From: Planctomycetota bacterium | Lineage (GTDB): Bacteria > Planctomycetota > JAJSAM01 > JAJVHW01 | Length of the DNA: 64,000 nt | Direction: 5' to 3' | Assembly (NCBI GenBank): GCA_965248445.1 | Contig: CBDFJG010000004.1 | Location: 800,001-864,000 of the forward strand | In this document: positions 31,011-40,886 of the stretch, piece by piece | Position numbering within the stretch: position 1 is the stretch's first letter | Layout: every line of letters starts with the position of its first letter | Translations under genes and position numbers: made by a program | Notes under the pieces: model-generated | The model's input: the letters and a program-made list of their open reading frames with translations, nothing else | The model's database searches: none | Told to the model about the DNA's origin: nothing

Positions 31011-32869
31011 TCGGTATCGGATCCGGTCGGCACACCGTCCGAGGTCAACTCCGGCTCACCGTGGGTGATCACGTAGAACGCGCGTGTTGCGACGTCGGTG
31101 AACTCCTGCGTGGTGCCGTCCATCCACTTGACGGCCACCTTCGGAACGCTTGTCGCGGCGCCGGTGCCGAAGTGAAGGCGCGGGTCGTTGTCGCCGCAGA
31201 ACGAGGCGCCGTGGTGCAACTCCTCCATGAGCACGACGCCGCTCGGCAGCGTAACGTAGACACGCGCTCCCGACGGGTCGAGCTGCATACCCGGGCCGAC
31301 GAGACGGAAGCGCAGAAACGCGTTCTTGTTGCCGCCGTCGTTCCGGTAGAGCGTCGGCCGGTCGTTCAGCGCGGTGGCAAACACGTCCTGGTCGCCGTCG
31401 TCATCGAAGTCGCCGAAGCACGCGCCGCGATACACGCGGGCGACCTGGAACGCCGGTCCGGACTGCTCCGTCACGTCCTCGAAGCGAAACGACGGCGCGC
31501 CCATGTTGCGCAGTAGCAAGTTCTTCTGCTTGTACGACGTGCCGGTCTCCTGGGCGAAGTTGTCGATCTCGCCGTAGACGTGCCCGCACGCCACGAACAT
31601 GTCGAGGTCCGCATCGCAGTCCATGTCGAACATGCGCGTGCCCCAGCACAGCCGCAGGTACGAGAGCTTCGCGACGCGGTAGCGGTGTGAGTGGTCGCTG
31701 AAGGTCGGTGAGTCCGCGCGGCGCGTGCCGTTGATGTAGAGCGTGTTGTGATCGTGACTGAAGTTCGTCACGAGGAGATCAATGCGGCCATCCTGATTCA
31801 CGTCGGCGGCATCGACGCCCATCCCGGCCTGCATCATGACGTCGTCGTTCGTGCCGACCCCCGCCTCCAGGCCCTTCTCGACGAGCCGGCCCGTGCCGTC
31901 GTTCAACCAGAGCTCGTTCTCCTGGGTGTCGTACGCGACGTAGATGTCCAGATCACCGTCGTTGTCGACGTCGGTCATCACGGGCTGGAAGCCGAAGCGC
32001 ACCCGCTGGTCGACCAGATGCGTCTCCGAGACCTCCTTGAACGTGCCGTCCGCGCGGCCGAAGTACAAGCGGTCCAACTGCGGCGTACGCCCTGGCGGAC
32101 CGCAGTACACGTTGAAGCCGCGCCACTTGCAATAGCGCGCCGGCTGCCCGGCGTGCGAGCCCCCGGGCTCGTGCTCCCGGATCTGCTTCCACTGGTCGAT
32201 GTAGTTCGCAACGTAGAGATCGTGGATGCCGTCGCCGTTCAGGTCGCCCCAGGCGCAGGCGGTGCTCATGTCCTCGTCGCCGCCGACGAGCCCGGCGGCC
32301 TCGGCGATGTCCTCGAACGTGCCGTCGCCGTTGTTACGCAGGAAGTAGTTCTTGCCCCACGTCGCGACGAACACGTCCGCGTCACCGTCCGCGTCGTAGT
32401 CGCACGCAGCGCCGCCGAACCCGAACGCCTGGATGTCGATCCCCGCCTCTTTCGTGACGTCGGTGAAACGCATCCCTCCGTCGTTGCGATAGAGCTTCGT
32501 ACGCCAGTCGTCGTCGTACTCGAGCACGCCCTCGGACGTCAGCATGGTGCCGTCGACGATGAGCAGGTCCATGTCACCGTCGCGGTCGTAGTCCAGCGCG
32601 ATCGTGCCGCCTCCCATACCGGAGACGATCCAGTCCTTCTGAGCCGGCTTGCCGGAGTGGTTCTCGGCGGTGATGCCCGAGGCTTCGGTGACGTCGATCC
32701 AGGTCGGGAGATCCGGATCGGCGGGCGCCGGGGCGTCGCCGCCGTTCGATGCCGGGGGCGGTGCAACGCCGCCGTTGGGCGCGGCGCCCCCGTCGCCGCA
32801 GGCGGTGAGCGCACCCGCGGCGACCAGAACCAGGACCGCGGTCGGACCGAGCGAGCGGGAATGCCTCAT
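31007..32869 (-). CDS. CRTAC1-family lipoprotein (FG-GAP + ASPIC/UnbV)
   Basis: Lipobox LTAC, DYDRDGDMD repeats, YCGP, AGMGVDAADVNQDG, LHFGTG. Confidence 0.9.
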   Translation of the reverse strand: MRHSRSLGPTAVLVLVAAGALTACGDGGAAPNGGVAPPPASNGGDAPAPADPDLPTWIDVTEASGITAENHSGKPAQKDWIVSGMGGGTIALDYDRDGDMDLLIVDGTMLTSEGVLEYDDDWRTKLYRNDGGMRFTDVTKEAGIDIQAFGFGGAACDYDADGDADVFVATWGKNYFLRNNGDGTFEDIAEAAGLVGGDEDMSTACAWGDLNGDGIHDLYVANYIDQWKQIREHEPGGSHAGQPARYCKWRGFNVYCGPPGRTPQLDRLYFGRADGTFKEVSETHLVDQRVRFGFQPVMTDVDNDGDLDIYVAYDTQENELWLNDGTGRLVEKGLEAGVGTNDDVMMQAGMGVDAADVNQDGRIDLLVTNFSHDHNTLYINGTRRADSPTFSDHSHRYRVAKLSYLRLCWGTRMFDMDCDADLDMFVACGHVYGEIDNFAQETGTSYKQKNLLLRNMGAPSFRFEDVTEQSGPAFQVARVYRGACFGDFDDDGDQDVFATALNDRPTLYRNDGGNKNAFLRFRLVGPGMQLDPSGARVYVTLPSGVVLMEELHHGASFCGDNDPRLHFGTGAATSVPKVAVKWMDGTTQEFTDVATRAFYVITHGEPELTSDGVPTGSDTD

Positions 32870-33066
32870 GGGTGCTTCTTCCTGTCGTTCCAGAGCATGT
32901 GGATCCGGCTGCCCAGATAGACGGCGGACGACACCAGCACGATGCCCATCCCGGTCGAATACAACGGCGAGCCTGCCGGCGCGGCGAGGAGCAGGGCGCC
33001 GCCGACGACGAGAAGCACCACGGCAAGCGTCAGGCCGGTGTTCCAGCGGACCTCGACCGGGGCCAT
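32866..33066 (-). CDS. Small two-TM membrane protein
   Basis: Two hydrophobic helices; stop overlaps the downstream ATG (ATGA). Confidence 0.55.
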   Translation of the reverse strand: MAPVEVRWNTGLTLAVVLLVVGGALLLAAPAGSPLYSTGMGIVLVSSAVYLGSRIHMLWNDRKKHP

Positions 33067-33182
33067 TCGGAGGACTCTACCGTGCACCGGATTGGACTGG
33101 TGCGACTCCTCCGATCTCGATCTACACTCCCCGCGGGTGGATCACGACGGGAGACGTTTCCTCCGCCCCGCTGGAGGGGTTC

Positions 33183-33593
33183 GTGACGGACCGCACACTC
33201 ACGTGCTGCGAGTGCAACACGGAGTTCGTCTTCACCGCGGCTGAACAGGAGTTCTTCAGGGAGCATGGGCTCACCAACGACCCGAAACGCTGCCTGGAGT
33301 GCCGGAAGCAACGACGCCGGAAGAGCCGAGCACGACCGCGCACCGCGCGCGAGGACGGCGACGACAAGCCAGCGCCCAAGCGGCGCGCCGCCGCCCGCGG
33401 CGGAACAGGTGGACGGACTGCCCCGCAACGGGAGCACCATGGCGACTCGGCCACCGAGCACGCGGGCGCAGACGACCGGCCCATGCACGAGACGTCCTGC
33501 TCGGACTGCGGGATCGCAACGAAAGTGCCGTTCGTGCCCGACGGGAAGCGCCCGGTGTTCTGCCTGCCCTGCCTCAAGAAGCAGACGCGCTGA
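33183..33593 (+). CDS. Zinc-ribbon protein (zf-trcl plus CxxC-x17-CxxC domain)
   Basis: DRTLTCCECNTEFVFTAAEQEFF..NDPKRCLECR and CSDCG..VPFVP..PVFCLPC; GGAGG ribosome-binding site. Confidence 0.88.
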   Translation: MTDRTLTCCECNTEFVFTAAEQEFFREHGLTNDPKRCLECRKQRRRKSRARPRTAREDGDDKPAPKRRAAARGGTGGRTAPQREHHGDSATEHAGADDRPMHETSCSDCGIATKVPFVPDGKRPVFCLPCLKKQTR

Positions 33594-33612
33594 GCAGACT
33601 GGCGGCGCGCGC

Positions 33613-35685
33613 TCAGCGCAAGCGCCGGGCGACTCCCGTGCCCTCGACGATCTCGTAGGTGCCGCCGGCCTCCAGTCGGCCGAAGCTCTCGCGAACCGGC
33701 GCCGCTCCCGCGCGCAGCGGCCAACGCACGGTCACGTCGGCGCCACCGGCGGCGCCGAGACCGATCGAGAGCCGCGGGTCCTCGGAGCATCCGAACGACG
33801 AGCCCAGCACGAGCGCGCGGTGGATCGTGCGGTCAGTGCTGCCGTCGACGACCCGCGCCTCGACGTGCGCGCCGGCCGCCTCGGTGCGGCCGTCCGCCCG
33901 GCGGAGCACGAGGCGCACCGCCGCGCCGGTGCCCCTTCCGTCGTTGCGCAGAAGCGCGGATGGCGCGTTCAACGCCGTCACGAACAGATCGGCGTGGCCG
34001 TCGTCGTCGAAGTCCGCCACCACCAGCCCGCGATGGGCGCGCCGGGTCAGCAGACCGCTCCCCGCCGCCGACGTCACGTCGTCGAACGTGCCGTCTCCCG
34101 CGTTGCGGAACAGCGCAAGGTGCTGCTTGAACGCGGTCTCGGGCACGGTCTGCCCGACATCGGGGTAGAGGTGACCATTCGCCACCAGGAGGTCCAGGTC
34201 ACCGTCACGGTCCGCATCGCTGAACGCGACGCCCCAGCCGAGAGCGTGCAGGCTCGGTGCTGCCAGCCCCGCTCCGGAACTCGCATCCGCGTAGATAACC
34301 GATGCGCCGCCCGGACGTGCGCGGTACAGGACGTTCGGCTCATGGCTGAAGTTCGTCACGAAGAGGTCGAGGACGCCATCGCCGTCGGCGTCGCCCACCG
34401 CGACGCCCATGCAAGCTTGGTCCCGGCCGTCGCCACTCGTGGCGCACCCCGCGGACATCGCGTCGTTGCGGAAGTGCCCCGTGCCGTCGTTGATCAGGAG
34501 CAGGTTCGGGTGGCCGTCGGCCGCCACGAACACGTCCAGGTCGCCGTCGCCGTCGAGATCCGCCATGACGGGTTGGAACGAGTAACGACGATCGACCGGG
34601 AGCCGCTCTTCGGTCGCGTCCACGAACGTGCCGTCGCCACGGTTCAGGAACAGGCGGTCCGGTTGGGCAACCAGCGGCTGTGGACCGCAGGGAACGGCCA
34701 TGTCGCGCCACGTGCAGCCCCGACCCGCGGAGGTCTCCGACATGAAGCGCCGCATGTCGGCGTAGTTCGAGACGTAGATGTCGAGGTCGCCGTCGCCGTC
34801 CACGTCGCCGACCGACGCTCCTGTGCTCCACTCGTCCTCGTCCCCTCCGACTCCGGCTGCGGGGGTGGCGTCCGCGAAGCGCCCGCCGCCGAGGTTCCAG
34901 AACATGCGGTTGCCGCCCCAGCACGCCACGAACAGGTCGGGCCGCCCGTCCGCGTTGAAGTCCGCTGCCACGGCGCCGACGGCCCATCCGTCACGCTGAA
35001 TTCCCGACTGCGCGCTCACGTCCGTGAATCGCATGCCGCCTTCGTTCCTGAACAGCCGCGACGGGCTCAACACGCTCTCCGCCCTGTCGATGCGGTTGCC
35101 GTCGGGGACGAAGAGATCGAGATCGCCGTCCCCGTCCATGTCGAAAACGGCCGCGCCGTGGCCGACGACCTCGACCATCCAGTCGCTGGCCTGAGCCCCT
35201 TCCGGGATGCGCACCGTGGCGATGCCACTGTCGGCGGTGACGTCCGTGAAGCGCGGTCCCGTCCAGTCGTCGCACGGCGGCGGCGCCAGCGGATACGGGG
35301 TCTCTACGGTTCCACCGGCCGGCGGCCCGACCGGCGACGCGCCCGACGGGCGCAGCGTCCAGGCCAGCACGGCGGCGCCGACCAGCAGCACGGCGGCGGC
35401 GGCGATCCGCGGGAGGACGCGCACGCCCCCGCTGCGTGCCGGCAGCGAGGCGACGACGCGTGCAGCGATCTGGGCGTCGGTGGCCGCGTCCGGCGGCGGC
35501 ACGTACGCCCGCGACACGGCGCCGCTCGCCGCGCGCAGTTCGGCGCAGAGCCGCGCCACCTCGGCGTCGGTGTCGAGCAGGCGCGCGAACTCAGCCGCCT
35601 CGTCGGCGCCGATCCCGACGTCCGCGGCGGGAACGCTCCAGCCGACGGTCAGGTCGATGATCTCGGACATCCGCTCGCGCGTCAC
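33613..35685 (-). CDS. Putative anti-sigma factor fused to an extracytoplasmic FG-GAP/ASPIC-UnbV domain
   Basis: Translationally coupled to the ECF sigma (GTGA). Short cytoplasmic N-terminus, TM (IAAAAVLLVGAAVLAW), then a full CRTAC1-like domain. Confidence 0.8.
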   Translation of the reverse strand: MTRERMSEIIDLTVGWSVPAADVGIGADEAAEFARLLDTDAEVARLCAELRAASGAVSRAYVPPPDAATDAQIAARVVASLPARSGGVRVLPRIAAAAVLLVGAAVLAWTLRPSGASPVGPPAGGTVETPYPLAPPPCDDWTGPRFTDVTADSGIATVRIPEGAQASDWMVEVVGHGAAVFDMDGDGDLDLFVPDGNRIDRAESVLSPSRLFRNEGGMRFTDVSAQSGIQRDGWAVGAVAADFNADGRPDLFVACWGGNRMFWNLGGGRFADATPAAGVGGDEDEWSTGASVGDVDGDGDLDIYVSNYADMRRFMSETSAGRGCTWRDMAVPCGPQPLVAQPDRLFLNRGDGTFVDATEERLPVDRRYSFQPVMADLDGDGDLDVFVAADGHPNLLLINDGTGHFRNDAMSAGCATSGDGRDQACMGVAVGDADGDGVLDLFVTNFSHEPNVLYRARPGGASVIYADASSGAGLAAPSLHALGWGVAFSDADRDGDLDLLVANGHLYPDVGQTVPETAFKQHLALFRNAGDGTFDDVTSAAGSGLLTRRAHRGLVVADFDDDGHADLFVTALNAPSALLRNDGRGTGAAVRLVLRRADGRTEAAGAHVEARVVDGSTDRTIHRALVLGSSFGCSEDPRLSIGLGAAGGADVTVRWPLRAGAAPVRESFGRLEAGGTYEIVEGTGVARRLR

Positions 35686-36248
35686 CGCCGGTCTCCCGTC
35701 GCCGTGGTCAGATCCGCACGCAGCGTACGCAGCGCACGCGTGATCCGCATCGACACCGCGGGAGACTTCATCCCGAGCCTCCGCGCCACCTCCGTCACCG
35801 GGAGCTCCTCGGAGAAGCGCAGTGCGAGGATCGCCTGCGTCGTCTCGTCCAACTGAGCGATCACGCGCTGCACGCGCGCCGTCTCGTCGGCCAGTTCGGT
35901 GGGGTCGCCCGTCGATGCGGCCACGGGCTCCGGAGACAGCTCGATCGGCTGGGTCCGCCGCGGCTTGGCCCGGCGGACCATCTCGCGGCCGCGGTTGACG
36001 GCGATGCGGGACAGCCACCCGGCAAAGCGCTCCGGCTCCGACAGGCTGTCCAGGCGGCGGTACGCGGTCAGGAACACGTCCTGGACGGCGTCCTCCGCGT
36101 CGTGCCCCCACCCGACGCACGGCGCCACCAGGGCGCGCACGACCCGCGTGTACTTCGTCACCAGCACTCCGAACGCCTCCCGATCGCCGCCTCTCGCGAG
36201 GAGGACGAGGCGCCGGTCGTCAGCAATCTGTTCCCGTCTCGACTTCAA
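35682..36248 (-). CDS. ECF sigma-70 factor
   Basis: GDREAFGVLV, DAEDAVQDVFL, FAGWLSRIAVN, and region 4 LRFSEELPVTEVARRLG. Confidence 0.92.
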   Translation of the reverse strand: MKSRREQIADDRRLVLLARGGDREAFGVLVTKYTRVVRALVAPCVGWGHDAEDAVQDVFLTAYRRLDSLSEPERFAGWLSRIAVNRGREMVRRAKPRRTQPIELSPEPVAASTGDPTELADETARVQRVIAQLDETTQAILALRFSEELPVTEVARRLGMKSPAVSMRITRALRTLRADLTTATGDRR

Positions 36249-36377
36249 CGGCCGCTCCGGGCCCCGTCCGGTGAGGAAGATGCCTCAGCGGGCGGGACGC
36301 AACAACGAGGGTACGGGCGACCTTCCTTCGGGCTTCCTTGCCTCCGTCGGGCTCGCAGGCGGCATCCTGACACCCGC

Positions 36378-37565
36378 GTGAAGGTCCTCTACCTCTCTAC
36401 CCACCCCCACCTCCGGACGGATGCCCCTTCGGGGTACGCCACGCACATGCGCGAGACGATCCGCGCGCTCCGAGGGACCGGCTGCACGGTCGTGCCGTGC
36501 GTCGTGGGCGACCAGGGGCCGCCGCCGGAGGGGAGTGCGGCGACGGCCGGCGGACTGCGGGGACTCGCGCGCGAGGTGACCCCGCGATACGTGTGGCAGG
36601 GTCTGCGGGACCTCGCGCTGCTGCGCCGCGACCATCGCACCGAAGACGACGTCGCCAAGACGATCGAGCGAGAGCGGCCGGACGCCATCTATGAGCGGGC
36701 GGCCTACCTGTGCGCGTCCGGTGTCCGCGCGGCTGCCGCGGCCCACGTGCCCCTGGTGCTCGAGGTCAACGCGCCGTACGTGGAAGAGCGCCGCCGGCTG
36801 CATGGCCGCGGGCTGCTCGACGGCCGCGGCCCCGGGTGGGAGCGCGAGGTGCTGCACGGTGCGTCGCTCGTGGTGACGGTCTCGACCGCGCTGGCCGACC
36901 GCCTGCAAGACACGTCGGGGATCGGCTCGGACAAGATCCGCGTGCTGCCGAACGCGGTGGACGGATCGAAGTTCAACACCGACGTCCCGGCGAACCGTAC
37001 GGATCTCGGCTTCGCGGAGGACGACTTCGTGATCGGGTTCGTCGGCACGTTCTTTCGCTGGCACCGGCTCGAGACTCTCGTGCAAGCTGTTGCCGCACTC
37101 CGGGAGCGCGGAATACCGGCACGCGCACTCCTGATCGGCGACGGCGACGCGCGGACTGATCTGGAGAGGGCCGCCGTCGATGCGGGTGTCGAGTCCGCGG
37201 TCACGTTCACCGGATCGCTCGTGGCCGACGCCGTGCCCGGGCACTTGCAGGCCGCAGACGTGTGCGTCGTTCCGGGGCACGCTTGGTACTGCTCGCCGAT
37301 CAAGCTGTTCGAGTACGCGGGTCTCGGGAAGGCAGTGGTCGCACTCGACACTGCGCCGGTCCGCGAGGTCACCGGCGACGGCGCGGACGTCGTGCTACTG
37401 GACGGCGATTCCGACTCTCTGACGCGCGCGCTGGCCGACTTGCACGCGGATCCCGCGCGGCGAGCGCAGCTGGCGGCGTCCCTCCGCGAACGTGTGCTCT
37501 CGAATCACACGTGGGCACGGACCGGCGAGAAGATCGCCGGCTGGCTGCGCGAACTGCGTTCGTAG
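36378..37565 (+). CDS. Glycosyltransferase family 4
   Basis: VLEVNAP, VLPNAVD, IGFVG, IGDG, SPIKLFEYAGLGKAVV. Confidence 0.9.
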   Translation: MKVLYLSTHPHLRTDAPSGYATHMRETIRALRGTGCTVVPCVVGDQGPPPEGSAATAGGLRGLAREVTPRYVWQGLRDLALLRRDHRTEDDVAKTIERERPDAIYERAAYLCASGVRAAAAAHVPLVLEVNAPYVEERRRLHGRGLLDGRGPGWEREVLHGASLVVTVSTALADRLQDTSGIGSDKIRVLPNAVDGSKFNTDVPANRTDLGFAEDDFVIGFVGTFFRWHRLETLVQAVAALRERGIPARALLIGDGDARTDLERAAVDAGVESAVTFTGSLVADAVPGHLQAADVCVVPGHAWYCSPIKLFEYAGLGKAVVALDTAPVREVTGDGADVVLLDGDSDSLTRALADLHADPARRAQLAASLRERVLSNHTWARTGEKIAGWLRELRS

Positions 37566-37642
37566 GCGCGCCGGCGTCCCCCGTTGCGGGGAGACTCGTT
37601 GCAGGAAGAGTCTGGGCGCATCTTGCTCGAGGAGGCCGCACC

Positions 37643-38485
37643 ATGCCCGTCGCACGCGTCCCGGACGGACTGGACATCTACTACGAGGAGCACGGCAAGG
37701 GCGAACCCGTAATCCTGCTCATGGGAACGGGCGCAGACCACTCGATGTGGCACGCGCAGGTTGGTCCCTACTCCGAGCGCCACCGCACCATCGTGATCGA
37801 CTCCCGCGGCACGGGGCGCAGCACCCGCCCCGCCGATCCTTCCACGTGCACTGCCGCCGCGATGGGACGTGACGCCCTCGGGGTGCTCGACCATCTGGGT
37901 ATCGAGCGCGCCCACGTGTCGGGCCTCTCGCTCGGCTCGGCGGTCGCACAGGAGATGGCGCTCGCCGCGCCCGAACGGGTCCTCTCGCTCTCGCTTCACG
38001 GGGCGTGGGCGCGCCCGAGCGAGTGGTTCCGCCGGGTCATCGACACGCTGGCCTACCCGGCCCGGCACGACGACGTCGCCACCTACCTGGACTTCGGGCT
38101 GATGTGGGTGCTGTCCCCCCGCTTCCTCGACGAGGAGCCGGAAGCGGTCAAGGAGATCGTGCGGACCTATCTCGTGGAGAACCCGTTTCCGCCGTCGGCC
38201 GAGGGCATTCTCGGACACACCCACGCGGACACACTCCACGACACGGCGGCGCGGCTGCCCTCACTTGACGTGCGGACGCTCGTGACCGCGGGCGAGATGG
38301 ACTGGATCACTCCCCCGCGGATGGGCAAGGAAGTCGCACGGCTGATCCCGGGCGCTCGCTACCACCTATTCCGCGGCGACTACGCAAGCCACTGCGCGTG
38401 CATCGAGATGGCGGAGGAGTGGAACCGCGTGACGCTGGCGTTCCTCGCCGGCGAGGATGCCGGAGAGGTGTTGGGAGACGGCTAG
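37643..38485 (+). CDS. Alpha/beta fold hydrolase
   Basis: DSRGTGRS, GLSLG nucleophile, GEMD, SH; GAGGAGG ribosome-binding site. Confidence 0.9.
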   Translation: MPVARVPDGLDIYYEEHGKGEPVILLMGTGADHSMWHAQVGPYSERHRTIVIDSRGTGRSTRPADPSTCTAAAMGRDALGVLDHLGIERAHVSGLSLGSAVAQEMALAAPERVLSLSLHGAWARPSEWFRRVIDTLAYPARHDDVATYLDFGLMWVLSPRFLDEEPEAVKEIVRTYLVENPFPPSAEGILGHTHADTLHDTAARLPSLDVRTLVTAGEMDWITPPRMGKEVARLIPGARYHLFRGDYASHCACIEMAEEWNRVTLAFLAGEDAGEVLGDG

Positions 38486-38544
38486 CGGCCCGCGGGCCGC
38501 TTACCGCGGGCGGGCGCGACGGCCGCTCCTGCAGGATTCACGCC

Positions 38545-38695
38545 TCCCGCGAGCGAGGAGCGGCGCGAGATCGCGCAGCGATCGGAGTGCCGCCCCGCAG
38601 TGAGCCCACCTCCGTAGTGGTCGGAGACCGCGTAGGAGGGAACATCTGACGGCGAAGCGGCGCGTGTATCGCGGCGCGATCCGCGTGCGGCACAG
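38545..38695. repeat. Structured intergenic repeat family B, copy 1
   Basis: Core CCTCCGTAGTGGTC-GGA-GACCGCGTAGGAGGG and ATCGC-GGC-GCGAT hairpin; left boundary approximate. Confidence 0.75.
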
Positions 38696-38698
38696 CGG

Positions 38699-39658
38699 TC
38701 AGTAAGGACCGAGGACTGCCGGACCCTGTTCGTCGTCCGGAGCGTCGTCGGGGGCCTCGTCGCGGGCCTCGTCGCCGGCGCCGACCGGTGCGAGTTCGCC
38801 CTCGCCGATCGGGGGCGGGTCGACCTCCCACACCTCTTCCTCGAACGGAACGGTCTCGGTGGGCACGCGGGGCTCGATCTCGAGGGACGCCGGGTGCGTC
38901 GTGCTCTCCCGGAGGGCGTCGTCGCCGCGCTTCTCAGTCTCGTCGGCGCTGGCCATCGCGTGGAGCAGCAGGCTCTCGGTGTCGCGCGTGATCGTCCGCG
39001 GCCCGTCGGGCGGAAGCGGCTCGATCGTGAACGACCCCGACTCGAGTCCGAGCGCCTGGATCGCGGCGGGCTCGCCCACGCGCGTCTCGTCCTCGGTGCT
39101 GATCTCCCCATGCACGACCCGGCCGTGCTCCATGTCGAGGAACGCCTGAACTCCATCCGCGCGGATGCGCAGACGGCACGTGCGACGGCTGTGGTGCAAC
39201 GCCTGCGTGAGCGACGTTCCGCCGAGGTCCGACAGGTCGCCGGTCGTGCTCGGTGCCTCGTCATCCGTCTCGAAGCGGCGCACGACAGCGCGCACCCGTG
39301 CCAGGAACTCGTCCAGGTCGAAGGGACGCGCGAGGAACTCGTCCACGCCGGCGTCGAGTGCGCGGGCGCGCTCACGGGCCGTGACGAACCCGGACACCAG
39401 GATGATGGGGACGTCCGGCGCGATCGGAGGCCTGCCTCCCTCGCCCAGCCGGGCGGCCGCGAAGAACCCGAAACCGCCGAGGCGCGGCATGCGCACGTCG
39501 GTGATCGCGAGGTCCACGTGCTGGCCGCGCAGGATCGCGAGCCCGTCCTCGCCGTCGCTCGCCTCGATGATCCGGCACCCCTCCCGCTTGAGGGGCCGCG
39601 CCATCTGTAGGCGCGTCCTCGAGTCGTCGTCCAGCAGCAGGACTGTGAGGCCTTTCAT
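38699..39658 (-). CDS. Response regulator with REC and DUF4388 (PATAN-like) domains and an acidic tail
   Basis: LLLDDD, TDVRMP, LDAGVDEFLARPF (usual Lys is Arg); TGDLSDLGGTSLTQAL..GRVVHG. Confidence 0.82.
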   Translation of the reverse strand: MKGLTVLLLDDDSRTRLQMARPLKREGCRIIEASDGEDGLAILRGQHVDLAITDVRMPRLGGFGFFAAARLGEGGRPPIAPDVPIILVSGFVTARERARALDAGVDEFLARPFDLDEFLARVRAVVRRFETDDEAPSTTGDLSDLGGTSLTQALHHSRRTCRLRIRADGVQAFLDMEHGRVVHGEISTEDETRVGEPAAIQALGLESGSFTIEPLPPDGPRTITRDTESLLLHAMASADETEKRGDDALRESTTHPASLEIEPRVPTETVPFEEEVWEVDPPPIGEGELAPVGAGDEARDEAPDDAPDDEQGPAVLGPY

Positions 39659-39782
39659 TCCGAAACGCTCATCGGGAGACTCAGGCTCCGGCCTTAGCAA
39701 GAAGCGCCAGGCTCGGCCGCGCACGCTCGGAACGGGGTTTCCGTGGGCGCCTGCCGCGCACGGCCGAACATGCCCGCCGACC

Positions 39783-40496
39783 ATGGGCAGACGCACGATC
39801 GACTGGACAGCCGCGGCCGTGATGGCGGCGACCGTGGCGGCGGTCGTCCTGCTCTGGGACACCCCGGTCGTCTACCCGCTCAAACTGCTGGTCGTGTTCC
39901 TGCACGAGATCAGCCACGGCCTCGCGGCCGTGCTCACTGGCGGACGGATCATCGAGATCCAGTTGCAGACCGGGGAGGCGGGCCACACCGCAACCGCGGG
40001 GGGCAACGCATTCGCGATCTACTCGGCCGGGTACGTAGGCAGCCTGCTGTTCGGAGCGCTGTTACTGGTGTGGGCGGCCCGCACGAACGCCGAGCGATTC
40101 GGGTCTGCAGCGCTCGGCGCGTTGCTCTTCGTCGTCACCATCCGGTTCGTGCCCATGGCGGACAACTGGTTTGGCAAGGTGTTCGGGGCGGCCACCGGGC
40201 TGTTGCTCGTGAGCCTCGCCTTCGTGCCGCGCGGGTGGGCCGCACTGGGACTGCGAATAGTCGGTGTGACGTCGTGCCTCTACGCGGTGATCGACATCAA
40301 GAGCGACGTGCTCGACCGTCCGGGCGCCGACTCCGACGCGGCACGGCTGGCGGAGATCACGCATGTGCCGGCGCTCGTGTGGGGCACCGTTTGGATCGTC
40401 GTGTCGCTCGCCGTGGCGGGCGCCGCGCTCATGGTGTCGGTCACCGAGCGTAAGAGCAGCGGTGTAGCATCACAGTCCGGCACGTTGGATGGTTAG
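39783..40496 (+). CDS. M50B-like membrane metallopeptidase
   Basis: YPLKLLVVFLHEISHG, SAGYVGS, SDAARLA. Confidence 0.88.
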   Translation: MGRRTIDWTAAAVMAATVAAVVLLWDTPVVYPLKLLVVFLHEISHGLAAVLTGGRIIEIQLQTGEAGHTATAGGNAFAIYSAGYVGSLLFGALLLVWAARTNAERFGSAALGALLFVVTIRFVPMADNWFGKVFGAATGLLLVSLAFVPRGWAALGLRIVGVTSCLYAVIDIKSDVLDRPGADSDAARLAEITHVPALVWGTVWIVVSLAVAGAALMVSVTERKSSGVASQSGTLDG

Positions 40497-40875
40497 GAGC
40501 CTGTCTGCGTAACGCCGCGAGCCACGATTGGCAGAGGCCGGATGCCCGCAAGGAGGACCAAGGATGAGTGAGCACGGGTGCTGCGCAGCGGCGCGAGGAG
40601 CGTCCAGCGGACGGTCCGAGACGCGCGAACGCGGAGCGGAGGCTCAAGGCCGTAGTGGAGGGATCCATCGATCTGCTGACGCGGTCCGACGCAGCGGGGG
40701 CCGGCCTCTGCCAACCCCTCGCGGGGCCCACGGTAGACACTCGGGGCGCTGCGACGGTGGCCGTCTGCGGCGTTGGACCTCCTCGACAACCCACCAGGGG
40801 TGCCTTCATCGGTCCGCCTTGCATCCGGGCCACCGGCGCAGCGTCGTGGCCGCGCGGGTTACTCAGACCGGCTCC
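40496..40875. mobile_element. MITE-like non-autonomous element with ~32-bp imperfect terminal inverted repeats, flanked by TA
   Basis: TA|GGAGCCTGTCTGCGTAACGCCGCGAGCCACGA ... TCGTGGCCGCGCGGGTTACTCAGACCGGCTCC|TA; nested internal inverted repeats; no credible ORF. Confidence 0.75.
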
Positions 40876-40886
40876 TAGGAGAGCGA

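Noticed and set aside
33265..35856. 863-aa + strand ORF
   Set aside because: Antisense shadow of the FG-GAP anti-sigma gene
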